Origin: Octopus sinensis
Taxonomy: Eukaryota
NCBI RefSeq assembly: GCF_006345805.1
Contig: NC_043006.1
Coordinates: forward strand, 19,840,001 to 19,904,000
Length of the DNA: 64,000 nt
Reading direction: 5' to 3'
Shown here: in pieces, positions 1 through 11,258 of the stretch
Layout: every line of letters begins with the position of its first letter
How positions within the stretch are numbered: the stretch's first letter is position 1
The notes under the pieces: generated by a model
What the model was told of the DNA's origin: nothing
The model's input: the letters and a program-made list of their open reading frames with translations, nothing else
Database searches by the model: none
Position numbers and translations under genes: made by a program

Positions 1-171
1 TTGTTTGAATAAGTTTTGAATTGAAATTTTCCACCAAACCTTAGTCACAATTTATGTTCCTAACACTAGCTAAATGATAACTAAGTTATTTTACTAAATT
101 CTTTGTTATATCTAAAGTAATTGAAAGAAACACAGAGCATCTCAAAATAAATACAGTAACGAAAGGGTTAA
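1..171. mobile_element. piggyBac-like TTAA MITE, right part (cut by window start)
   Basis: Ends in CGAAAGGG-TTAA (160-171). Same sequence as the complete copies at 30053-30282 and 44593-44971. Confidence 0.75.
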
Positions 172-716
172 ATATGTATATTTCCATGGTTAGTAAGGCT
201 GGAAACTGTAAAAGGAAGTTGAGGAATTTGAAAGCACAGAGCTTGAAGATGATTTGTTAATAGGAAATGCCAACAAATGCACCAGTTACAGAACAACCAT
301 AAATGGTGATGGCATAGCTATAGCTCTGTATAGTTTTTGGAAACATTCATGCACAGACACATACCTGCATACACACACACACACACACACACACAATAAA
401 TATATGTGGGTTTGTATGTATAAGGGATTGTATAACTAACAACAGAACAAGAAATTATGTAATGAACTTCATTAGCCTTACAACTGCTTTTGCTTTAAGG
501 TGATACACAAGTACTCAACAATTAGCGCTTTGCATCTTATAGCAGAAACAGCTGTAAGCTAATGAAGTTCCTTCCATTATTTCTTGTTTCCTTGTCGTTT
601 ATGTAATTTCTTATTATATTCTGTATTTGACAAACACTTTTCTTTGAAGCATATGTATACCAAGTTATAACAACAGGTTATTAATATCACTATGCCTAAA
701 CCAACAAATCAATGTA

Positions 717-747
<31 letters not shown>

Positions 748-767
748 ACATATTATTATCATTACTA

Positions 768-807
<40 letters not shown>

Positions 808-1067
808 GATCGGGTGAAATCCAAAATTCAAGTAAATTAGGTAGTAAAGTGAAAGGGCATATAGGGATTGCAAAGGAGACAAAATCAATCGCTCAACATA
901 TATCAGTATCTATCTATTTATCCAGGTTATATTTTTCATCTGCATGCATACGTAACAGCATACATACACCCTCACATACACACACACACACACACACACA
1001 CGCATGTACACACACACACAGATACACACAGACACAAACATACATACATACATACATACATACATAA

Positions 1068-1102
<35 letters not shown>

Positions 1103-1381
1103 CATACATACATACACTGAACTATTGAGAGATCTGCAGTCACTCCATCCTGATTGCAAGTTCAGGTTTATACCTGTAATTATTGGGGTACTGGGATATA
1201 TGTAACACACTGCTTAAATACCAGTCTTGAGAAAATTAGGCTTCTAAAAAAAAACAGAAAGGAGAAAGCTGATTCTATAGACCCAGTCCATCACTGGAAC
1301 TAAAAATCTGTAAAACTTTCCAGACGTTTATTGTTTAAGTAATAATGAGCATGTCTAGGTATGCAACGATATGCATGATAA

Positions 1382-1755
1382 TCTCTCTATATATAAACGG
1401 CAGTTTGTCTGTGTGTCTGTTTGGTTGTACCCTCACCCTGACCACGGCTTTCAACCGATTCTGATGAAACTTGACACACACATAGCCCAATGTCATAATT
1501 CAAAACTAACGCAGCGAAAATTTTGAAAAGTTCCCCCAGTTCTGAAAAAAAATCGATAAATTCGACATGGGGTCGAGAATCAGAAACACAAACTACAGAC
1601 TGTCTAGGGGACGCAACTCGACCTTTTTTAACTCTCAAAAAAAATTTACCATAATTTTTTTTCCATTTTTTTGTTATTTTTTGGTTATAACTCTCTAAAA
1701 ATGCTTTATAGTTATTTCCCTTACAAACCTGAGCAACGCCGGGTGATACTGCTAG
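1382..1755 (+). mobile_element. Non-autonomous Helitron
   Basis: 5' TC followed by TATATATAAA. 3' end has the hairpin-like CCTGAGCAACGCCGGG then CTAG, inserted between A and T. The 3' ~130 bp is shared with 41652-41961. Confidence 0.75.
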
Positions 1756-3127
1756 TACAGACATAAAACAAAACATATGAATCTGTACACACACACACAC
1801 AAACAAACAAACAAATGAAAATACCCTGTTGATATTTTTGAAATTCTAACGAAGGCACTTTGGATCTAGGTTAGAAACTGGCTCTTTTTCTATTTGCAAG
1901 AAATCTTGAAATAAAATAGAATAACGGCATACCTACATAAACACACTGTTTACTATACATATATCATATATTCTAATTTTTACAATATGTAAATTACATA
2001 TTTGCCTGTCATACAGGTTGGCATCAGGAAGTCCCCCATACACCCACAAACCATGCCAATATGGAAAAGCAAACTAAAAGGTGACAATGATTATATATGT
2101 AAGAATTAACACTTCCTTCTCCAAGCCTAGACTCAAAACCAAATCCAAGAAGAATTCTCGGTTGTCCAAACCACAATGATCAACAGACGCAAAAAATGGT
2201 ATTCTTTGTCCTGTCAAAAACTGATTGATCATCTCCCTTTGACCTGCGACCTCAGCATGTCAGGCGAAGTTCAAGTGGACAGGGGCTGACCTATTTAGGT
2301 ACAAACTCTGTTGCAGTATGTCTGTCTTTCTAGCTTCCACGTTTTATTATAAATACAGTGGTGAAACAGAAAGGCAGGCAGGCAGGCAGACAAACAGGGC
2401 AGACAGACGAGAAAACATCTACGATACGACCCAAGGTTTTGGCAGACCGCAAAGACAGAGAGAAATGTTCGAAGTGCTGATAGACTATTGTCTCAAATGA
2501 ACCACACACACACGCACACACACAAACATATTCATTCCTGATATGACTTCCATGAATGTACTCTGTATTTCTAGCAACTCATGGCAGTTGCCAACATTTT
2601 GTATGTAGTGTAATTATAACGAATCAAACCCTGTAAATAAATTGTTTTCAATTATGGATCGGTTTACATATTTGTTTACATACACATTCCATTTGCATCT
2701 ATGTTCATTGATACACACTTAACCACTACATATATATATTCACTTTTACAAGGTAAAGGTTGACAGTGACTTCAAAATTTTGGCTTTCTTGTCTTCATCG
2801 GGCAGTGTTCTATTAAAAAGTATTGAGTAATCCTTCAGTTTAATGTTAAAATTGCTTTTATACATAACTTGATATAAAAGCAAACAAACATATTCACACA
2901 CACATAAATATCAATGAGAATGAGGCTCAAAACCACATTTAATCTAAAATGGAGATGAACACCTATGTTGCATGCGATAGGCTTGAAAATTGTTTAGGCC
3001 TTCCTAAAGATGAAACCAATGGTAGCCCCAATACACAAAGAATATATAAAAGGCGGTGCACTATCAAGACCACAGTCCAATGACTGTAACACGTAAAAGA
3101 ATATATATATATATATATATGTATACT

Positions 3128-3356
3128 GTTGTGTCTGGGGAGAGTCATTCGCTTTTAGTGCTTTATAATTTAACACATTCACCGGTAAAATTTCAGCTTA
3201 TTTCTTTTTTATTTTTCTAAAATTTTCATTGCGTCTTGCAACCTTTTCAATAGTTTTGACTATTGAAAAGGTTGCAAGATGCAAAGGTTGCCAGACACAA
3301 CAGAATATGCTTCAACACATGAACTCACATAAAGAATCTAGCAAACCAAATCCCAA

Positions 3357-3362
<6 letters not shown>
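3128..3362. mobile_element. Fold-back pLTR-like element (family with U3:A8 hammerhead)
   Basis: 24-bp arms 3231-3254/3259-3282 around a 4-nt loop, plus GTTGTGTCTGG/CCAGACACAAC. Homologous to 58881-59197 and flanked by (TA)n. Confidence 0.65.
3217..3253 (-). ncRNA. Minimal type-I hammerhead ribozyme motif, U3:A8 core variant
   Basis: Minus strand: CTA | TTGAAAA | G | GTTGC-AAGAC-GCAAT | GAAA | AT-T-T | TAG. Stem I is 3 bp, stem II 5 bp, stem III is the palindrome AATT. Confidence 0.55.
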
Positions 3363-3395
<33 letters not shown>

Positions 3396-3693
3396 AATGA
3401 GGGTGAAAAATTGATATTAATTTAATAATACCATTAATTTAACACCAAGTGGCTTAGCACAAAAAACTAGGGAGATAATACAAAACTATGTAAGTAAAAT
3501 TATATATTACATTAGTAATGAAACAATTTGTTCAGGGTCAATCTATTTATTCGTTATGTTTCACTTTCCTTCCGTTAAATGTAATGTTATTTCTACTTGG
3601 AAACATCTTTTCTGTGGCTATACTAACGGAGCTATTTTTAGCACTAGAGTTATCCACATAGTGGTAACTCTCTTTATATATATATATACATAT

Positions 3694-3730
<37 letters not shown>

Positions 3731-4398
3731 TTCATGCATGCATGCGAATACAAAATGCATCTTGCTATAAGGGTAGGCTTTAGAAGATAAGATACATGTT
3801 AACTCGTCAAACCTACATTTGTTGCCCTTTCACCTTGCATCCTTGACATACCCCTCTTCTCTCATCTACCTGTTACTCACCCACTCCAATTCTCCCACCC
3901 TTTTATCACTCATAGAATTCCATCTCTCATCATTTCCACACTATGTGTTTTACTGCATCATCCTTCTTACTGACTCCTTCACTCTATACGAGGGCTTTAT
4001 ATAAGAGACTGTATCAGATTACCCTCTTTTTACCGTGCAATACACTTTAACTTTGCCCAATTCTACAGCCAGCCATCACTCTCTCTCCCTCTCTCCCATC
4101 AACTGCAACTAATCGCCTACTTTTTATCTCATTACAACCCTTATCTCCAGCCACTTCTGCTATTATTGTAAAATAACACAGAATTACTTGCAAAATAAAT
4201 TAATTTCTTTAGAATGTGAAAGATTTATTGCAGAGTTCGAAATTCCACATAGGAACACGTATGTTGTTAAGATGTTAATGATTTCAGTCATAGCACTGTG
4301 AACATAATGCGGATCAGTCAAACAAATCAACCGCAGTACTTATTTTAAGTTGGGAACTTATTCGATTAGTAACTTTTTGTCAAGCAGCCTATATATAT

Positions 4399-4632
4399 AT
4401 ATAAAAAAGGAAATGAAGAAAATGCTGACAAAATAATTTAAGTAATTTAAGTAATTTAATTAGGTGAAAGTTCTTTTTACCGGTTGCGCATTTGTTATGC
4501 TTATCAAAAGAGGAAAAAACTTTTGATAAGCATAACAAATGCGCAACCGGTAAAAAGAACTTTCACCTAATTAAATTACTTAAATTACTTAAATTATTTT
4601 GTCAGAATTTTCTTCATTTCCTTTTTTATATA
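4399..4632. repeat. Near-perfect inverted repeat (112-bp arms, 9-nt loop), probably an inverted pLTR-type insertion
   Basis: Arms 4399-4510 and 4520-4632, one mismatch seen, embedded in (TA)n. Confidence 0.85.
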
Positions 4633-4661
4633 TCACAACTCGTGTTCCACATCTCCGTTTT

Positions 4662-4727
<66 letters not shown>

Positions 4728-4790
4728 CACATACAGATATGCATACATATATATATATATATATATATGTATACATATATTTATACATAG

Positions 4791-4822
<32 letters not shown>

Positions 4823-4894
4823 GCATACATATATTTATACATACATACATATATATATATATATAAATATATATGTATACATATATTTATACAT

Positions 4895-6398
4895 ACACTC
4901 ATCAACATCAAAGCACTGGAGGACCTAAAACTAAGGCCCATCGTGGCTGGCACCTCCTGCGAAACACACCACTTGAGTAATTTCCTGGACAACCTTTTGA
5001 AACCTTCCTTACTCACATCAAAAGTTTCATTAGGGATGATCTGGACGTGCTCAAACACCTCCCGAAAACAGTTAACGAGGAGGCGCTCCTGGTATCCTTT
5101 GATGTCATCAACCTCTACACCAACATCCCACATGAATATGGTATTGAGGCAATTGATTTCTGGCTAGAGAAACACCCAGAGGCATTCCCTGACTGCATTC
5201 ACAAGACCTTCATTACAGAATCACTCAAGTTCATTCTGACAAACAATTATTTCCTCTTCGAAAACACACACTACCATCAAAAATGTGTATTGCGATGGGT
5301 ACCAAAGCTGCACCAGTCCTTGCGAACCTCATAATGGGTTTCTTCGAACTATCACTCTATGAGATATCATACCAGAAATTTGGATACTTTTTCCACATCT
5401 ACTTAATGGAAAACTGGAAAAGATACTTAGATGATTGTTTCATCATATGGAAAGAATTTTATGAAAAGCTTCTGGAATTCGAAACCACACTGAACAACAT
5501 ACATCCAAACATTCAATTCACTATGGAATTCAGCAAACATTATCTCCCTTTCCTTGATCTCCTAATTATAAAAACACCTAACAACCAAATCATAACAGAC
5601 ATCTACCACAAACCTACAAACTCACAATACCTCCTCTTCAGCTCATGCCACCCAAAACACACCAAGATAAATATCCCTTTCAACTTAGTTAAAAGGGTAT
5701 GCACCATTGTCTCAGATCCAAAAACTCGAGAAATATGCCTTCAAGACCTCAAAAAAAAAACACTATTACAACGCCAATATCCCTCCACACTCATAGAGTA
5801 TGGAATAAAACATGCCAAAGAACTAGACAATAATACACTGAAAACCACCCAACACAGTAACACACACAACCCCAAAATACTTCCATACATTTCCACCCAC
5901 AACCCCAAAATTATCGAAGCATACACCGCAATCATACAAAACCTCCCTTTACTGTCCACAGACCCAAAAATGAATAATATTATCAATACACATAAAATCC
6001 TTAAATGCAAAAGGCAACATAAATATTTGAAAAAAACTCTTGACAAATGCCAAACTTCACACACCACATCCACCCCATCAGTTAAAAAATGTGCATGCCC
6101 TAACTGTGGTACCTACCCCTTCCTACTTGAAGGCTCTGAATTTACTTTCAAACAAGGAACAAAGTTTAAAATCAAGACTAACTTCTCCTGTTCCTCTGAG
6201 AACCTCATCTACGTTCTCACATGCGCTGGTTGCCAACACAATTATGTTGGACAAACAAGCCTTCCTTTACGTAGAAGTGTAGCGGTCCATAAAGAAAAGA
6301 TAAATCTCCCACAATACCATCAAATTCCACTAAGTAACCACATAGATTCTTGCACTAGAGGCAAAACTCCTATATTTCACATATACCTACTCATCTAG
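4895..6398 (+). mobile_element. Penelope-like retroelement, 5'-truncated and frameshifted (RT plus GIY-YIG endonuclease)
   Basis: Overlapping ORFs give [41 protein letters not shown], and C-terminal CxxC plus LIYVLTC...YVGQT (GIY-YIG). Confidence 0.92.
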
Positions 6399-6514
6399 CC
6401 AGCAGGGTGGCATCACTCGAAAGCTAAAGCAATATGAAAGCACACTGTGACCAATGATGTTAAATAACACCCACTAGTTTGGTTTATCACATGATCATAT
6501 GATATATATATCAT

Positions 6515-7085
6515 CAGCATCATCATTATCGTTTAACGTCCACTTTCCATGCTAGCATGGGCTGGACAGTTTGACTGTGGGCTGGCGAACCAGATGGCTG
6601 CAACAAGCTCCAGTCTTGATCTGGCAGAGTTTCTACAGCTGGATGCCCTTCCTAACGCCAACCACTCCGAGAGTGTAGTGGATGCTTTTACGTGCCACAG
6701 GCACGGGGGCCAGTCAGGCGGTACTAGCAACGACCTCACTCGAATTTTTACACATGGGCCAGTCAGGCGGTACTGGCAACAACCTCGCTCAAATTTTTTG
6801 GGCCAGACAGGCAGTACTGGCAATGACCTCGCTCAAATCTTTTTACACATGCCAACAGTACAGGTGCCAGTAAGGCGATGCTAGTAACGATCCCACTCGA
6901 ATGGTGCCTCCTACATACCACAGGCACAGAAGCCAGTTAGCCGCTCTGGCAACGATCATGCTCAGATGGTGCTCTTAGCACCCTACTAGCACAGGGCACA
7001 AGTACCAGTAAGGCGAGGCTGGCAACGATCACGCTCGTATGGTGCTCGTGCCCGTCATCGAATTTCACTTTGATTTTGATTTCAG
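6515..7085 (-). mobile_element. Abundant SINE-like family C (GGACGTTAAAC-(GAT)n tail) with internal tandem modules
   Basis: Core CTGGATGCCCTTCCTAACGCCAACCACTCCG shared with copies at about 12300, 13990, 18480, 29660, 30600, 47400, 50940, 58600, 59400 and 63430. Confidence 0.85.
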
Positions 7086-7109
7086 TTTCAACATATATAT
7101 ATATATATA

Positions 7110-7392
7110 TAAAATATAAATTAGAGATAAAACCACTATTATGCAACTCAAACAATGATAGACATAAACCAATACATAAATAACAAATAAAATATATTTT
7201 TATAAAACATACAACTAGATCTCAAAAAGTATAAAAATTTTACTTATTATATATTGATCATTCATTTTTATACTTTTTGAGATCTAGTTATATGTTTTAT
7301 AAAAATATATTTTATTTGTTATTTATGTATTGGTTTATATCTATCACTGTTTGAGTTGCATAATAGTGGTTTTATCTCTAATTTATATTTTA
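7110..7392. repeat. Inverted repeat, 128-bp arms, 27-nt spacer
   Basis: 7110-7237 is the reverse complement of 7265-7392 with only a few mismatches. It starts directly after (TA)n. Confidence 0.85.
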
Positions 7393-7515
7393 AATATTTA
7401 TATTGTGAAATTTGATTTAATACTAAATTGAATTTTTCCCTGTAAGTTTGGAGCTATACTCCCTATTATCATTATTATTATTATTATTTTATTATTATTA
7501 TTATTATTATTATAT

Positions 7516-7561
<46 letters not shown>

Positions 7562-7565
<4 letters not shown>

Positions 7566-7700
7566 TGATGCCTCGATATATGAGTTAATTTGTTCCCAGA
7601 GACCACTCGTAAAGTGAAATCTTGTAAAGCAGAGCAATAATTTTCCATAGTAGAGATGTTATAAATTGTAAATCGTTCCCCGAAAAATATTTTGCCAATA
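7562..7700 (+). mobile_element. Tc1/pogo (Tigger-like) DNA transposon terminal fragment
   Basis: TA-CAGTGATGCCTCG start at the end of a (TA)n run. Assignment is by resemblance only. Confidence 0.4.
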
Positions 7701-7914
7701 AAATTTATAATACTTGTAAACAAATGGCAAGAAAACAGTAGAAGGTAAAGAATATTGTGTGTGTGCATAATAATACATGAAATAGTTTTATAGTTGATTC
7801 AAGAGTGACTGGCCACAGGATTTAAAATGTCTTGTTTACAAATATGTGGGTGTGTTTTTGTGTATATACATAGATACATACATACACACACATATACATA
7901 CATATACATATACA

Positions 7915-8130
7915 TTTCTTTATTGCCCACAAGGGGCTAAACATAGAGGGGACAAACAAGGACAGACAAAGGGATTAAGTCGATTATATCGACCCAGTGC
8001 GAAACTGGTACTTTATTTATCGACCCCGAGAGGATGAAAGGCAAAGGAATTTGAACTCAGAACGTAACGACAGACGAAATACGCTAAGCATTTCGTCCGG
8101 CGTGCTAATGTTTCTGCCAGCTCGCCACCT
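7915..8130 (-). mobile_element. tRNA-derived SINE family A (Nin/Deu-like central domain) with LINE-derived tail
   Basis: Minus strand has the B-box-like TCTGAGTTCAAATTCC, core TTTGCCTTTCATCCT..GGGGTCGATAAAT..AGTACCAG, and tail GCCCCTTGTGGGCAATAAAGAAAT. The domain name is from recall of the motif. Confidence 0.8.
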
Positions 8131-8572
8131 ATACATATATGACAGGTGATAAGCATATTAATATCAAATATTTATACATTTATATATTAGAAAACCTTAG
8201 CTGAGAGAGAAAATTATAAGAATGTAAACATGTTCCTTCTATGCTTTCAATGCACAGAAAAAAGAGGAAGAGACTCCTTAAAGATAGCTTCACAGTTTCT
8301 TTACTGCTCCTCAGATGAAGCATACCCAATTTCATTTTACCACACATCATAAACATTGAAAAAATGTTTCCTCTAATAGCCAAAGCTATCTAATGTTTAA
8401 ATTTGTTTCAATCCATCTGATTCATAATGTGTTATACATTAAATATATTGTTTAATGAAAATCTGTTGAAAGCACAAAAGGTATTTGTCTACATTCTTAT
8501 AATTTCCTCTCACAGCTAGGTTTTCTAAAGTTAAAATTTGTTTCACTCCTTCTGATTCATGCAATGTTGGGC

Positions 8573-8611
<39 letters not shown>

Positions 8612-8814
8612 TGTGTGTGTGTGAGTGTGTGTGTGTGTATGCATATATATTATATACACTGTACCGTTCCGTTTTTTTTTGTGTGTGTGTGTGTGTGTGT
8701 GTGATCAACAAATAGTACTTTATTCAGCAAGTGATAAATATCATTTAATAAATACACAACACAAGATTTAAATATGAACAACTATAAGTTCCATACAGTT
8801 CTATATTTAAGACA

Positions 8815-8988
8815 TGAGGGATTATTTACATTATTTACATTCAACGTATACCTTAGGAATGAGAACCCAGGTTCAAAATTTCCCCCAGACACCTGAAGAA
8901 GGCTGGAGGGTATATCAGCCGAAATGTTGTGTAAACAACAAACAAGATGAGGACAAATATCCGTCGAATGTAAATAATGTATATAACT
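8815..8988 (+). mobile_element. Solo PLE pseudo-LTR with short inverted terminus
   Basis: Contains a hammerhead (8889-8932). 20-bp inverted ends at 8827-8846/8962-8981. Confidence 0.7.
8889..8932 (+). ncRNA. Minimal type-I hammerhead ribozyme motif, canonical C3:G8
   Basis: ACAC | CTGAAGA | A | GGCTG-gagggtatat-CAGCC | GAAA | TG-T-T | GTGT. Stem I is 4 bp, stem II 5 bp, stem III is ATGT (ACGT before CpG decay). Confidence 0.8.
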
Positions 8989-9145
8989 TTCATGTTCTAA
9001 TAGTACAATAGTCCAATGAGCTTATACAGCATATCCCTTTTGGATCCGAAAGATTCCAGGACAGCATATGGTATGCTATACAAGCTTGTCCAACAATTGT
9101 ACTATCATCACATGAAACTTATAGGAACTTACATTTAAATCCTGC

Positions 9146-9181
<36 letters not shown>

Positions 9182-9405
9182 TAAATGCACAGACACAAAC
9201 ATATGTATGGATACATACAATGAACTCAGTAATTTTGACTTCATATGCAATGTGCCACAATGGAACATGTATATGGTTGCTCAACAGGGTAGGGCTTTTT
9301 TCAAATTATTATAATTTTTTTTTTTTTTTTTGGCAAAAGATTTGAACATATTGAATAATGTAGCCTTAGATACACAATGTCTGAAATGAAATATGGAAGG
9401 AATAC

Positions 9406-9435
9406 CTTCAATAACACTTCTGTTGTCTAAAGACA
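9406..9435 (-). CDS. Candidate 30-nt symmetric (phase 1-1) microexon of the host gene
   Basis: Acceptor CTTTCTCTGTTACAG and donor GAAG|GTATTC. Open frame xSLDNRSVIEx. No linking exon was found. Confidence 0.3.
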
Positions 9436-9630
9436 CTGTAACAGAGAAAGCAAGACTCATTAAAATATTGACTCAGTGACGAAGAAAATTACCTGAGAGA
9501 CACAACGACACAAAAGTAACAGAGATAACATGCAATGGTAGATACTAATCATTAAAAAAAAAAATTGGAAATAAACACAAAAAATAAAACAATTCACTCT
9601 TGTAGAGATTTGCATTCTTTGTGTTAAAAC

Positions 9631-9680
<50 letters not shown>

Positions 9681-9954
9681 TGGGAAACTAAATTTTCTTG
9701 TTTCAAAAATGCAGAAACCAAAAAAGAAACAAGAGAGGGTTAAAGACAGCTAATGGAAATCCTTTACAAAACCCCTGAAAGGGCAGCCATTTTGACTAAG
9801 ATTTCTACAAATATAAAATTGTTTATATCTACAGCAGGCATGGGCAACCTTTCTTTGATAAGCAGGCCACATGAGACATGGCTCATAATCAGATAGGCCA
9901 CACAACTAAAAAGAATTTCAAGATGATATAATTTTTTTTTAGTTATGCATGATA

Positions 9955-10340
9955 GGCGCAGGAGTGGCTGTGTGGTAAGTAGCTTGCTAACCAACCACAT
10001 GGTTCCAGGTTCAGTCCCACTGCGTGGCATCTTGGGCAAGTGTCTTGGGAGTGGATTCGGTAGACGGAAACTGAAAGAAGCCTGTCGTATATATGTGTGT
10101 ATGTATATATATATATGTATGTGTGTGTGTGTTTGTGTGTCTGTGTTTGTCCCCCTGGCATTGCTTCACAACCGATGCTGGTGTGTTTACGTCCCCGTAA
10201 CTTAGCGGTTCGGCAAAAGAGACCGATAGAATAAGTACTGGGCTTACAAAGAATAAGTCCCCGGGATCGATTTGCTCGACTAAAGGCGGTGCTCCAGCAT
10301 GGCCGCAGTCAAATGACTGAAACAAGTAAAAGAGTAAAAG
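9955..10340 (+). mobile_element. tRNA-derived SINE family B
   Basis: Head GGCGCAGGAGTGGCTGTGTGGTAAG...GGTTCAGTCCCAC, central TA/TG repeat, tail GGTGCTCCAGCATGGCCGCAGTC-(GTAAAAGA)n. Other copies at about 18948, 35825, 51325, 55362, 57379 and 62180. Confidence 0.85.
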
Positions 10341-11140
10341 AGATATTTTAGTTAGGTGTGACGTTAGACATACAGCAGCTATGTCCATGATGGATTTTAC
10401 AGATTCATGTATCAGTTCAGTGTGCTATTTCTTGCCGAAACATTGGTTTAGAACACAAACAACTGAGGAGAAAGCTGTAGTAGCTAAGATCAGTTCAAGG
10501 TGATCGCAGCTGACAAGATAATGCAGATGGAACCATTCTGCAGGTAAACAATAATTCAGCTTTTGCTACTCTGCTCAGGTGTTATTTGCAGTCTAAAAAA
10601 TGAGGAGCTAAGATATCTGCTGAAGATACAGAAGGGTTCCTAACAATATAAATGACTGAGACACCATTAAAAGAAAGAGTATGCAACATCTTCTTTTAGT
10701 AACAAGACATCTCTGATGTTTATTTCATATGTATGTGTATGAGTGCATGCACATCTAAGTATACATGTTTGTATGCATGTTTATATATGTGCATGTCTGT
10801 CAGTATATGTATGTATGCATGCATGTTTGTATACATATACCTGTCTGTCTCTGTATGTATGTACATACATAGGTGTCTGTATATGTATGTCTGTATATAT
10901 ATCAGTATGTATGTACATATAGTTTTCCTTTGGTTTCCATGGTTTCAGTTTAGCAGTTTGGGATTATTTTTCTTTCACTTTTCAACCAATAATTATATTT
11001 ACGGAGATGTGCTTCCATAGCGAGTGACTTGATCTGAGATCGTGTGCTGGAACGAAAACAATTGCAGCGTGGAAGGTGTTTGTAAGCCATTTAAGAAACA
11101 CACAAAAGCCGTTCAATTCACTTCAACATTTAAGTTTAAT

Positions 11141-11188
11141 TTGTCAAAATATTTTCGTCGCTATAAGACAGCAACCTGTTCACTGACA
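11141..11188 (-). ncRNA. Minimal type-I hammerhead motif, G3:C8 core variant
   Basis: TGTCA | GTGAACA | G | GTTGC-tgtcttata-GCGAC | GAAA | ATAT-T-T | TGACA. Stem I is a perfect 5 bp and stem III is the palindrome AATATT. Confidence 0.7.
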
Positions 11189-11210
11189 GAAATCCGTGCA
11201 GCACAGATTT

Positions 11211-11258
11211 TTGCCAGTGAACAGGTCGCAGATTTTAGCGACGAAAATATTTTGACAA
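11211..11258 (+). ncRNA. Minimal type-I hammerhead motif, G3:C8 core variant (opposite arm)
   Basis: TTGCCA | GTGAACA | G | GTCGC-agatttta-GCGAC | GAAA | ATAT-T-T | TGACAA. One stem I mismatch. Confidence 0.65.

Noticed and set aside
2105-2340. Unique, exon-like sequence with a minus-strand frame GQREMINQFLTGQRIPFFASVDHCGLDNREFF
   Set aside because: In-frame TGA just upstream, no convincing pyrimidine tract or donor, and no recognisable homology.
3775-4390. GTGAACA followed by a TGCGG/CCGCA hairpin (about 4298-4340), resembling the G3:C8 hammerhead
   Set aside because: No GAAA after the stem and no stem I or III pairing.
9955-10030. tRNA-like A and B boxes here and at other SINE heads
   Set aside because: They continue into SINE bodies and lack a complete cloverleaf, so they are not tRNA genes.
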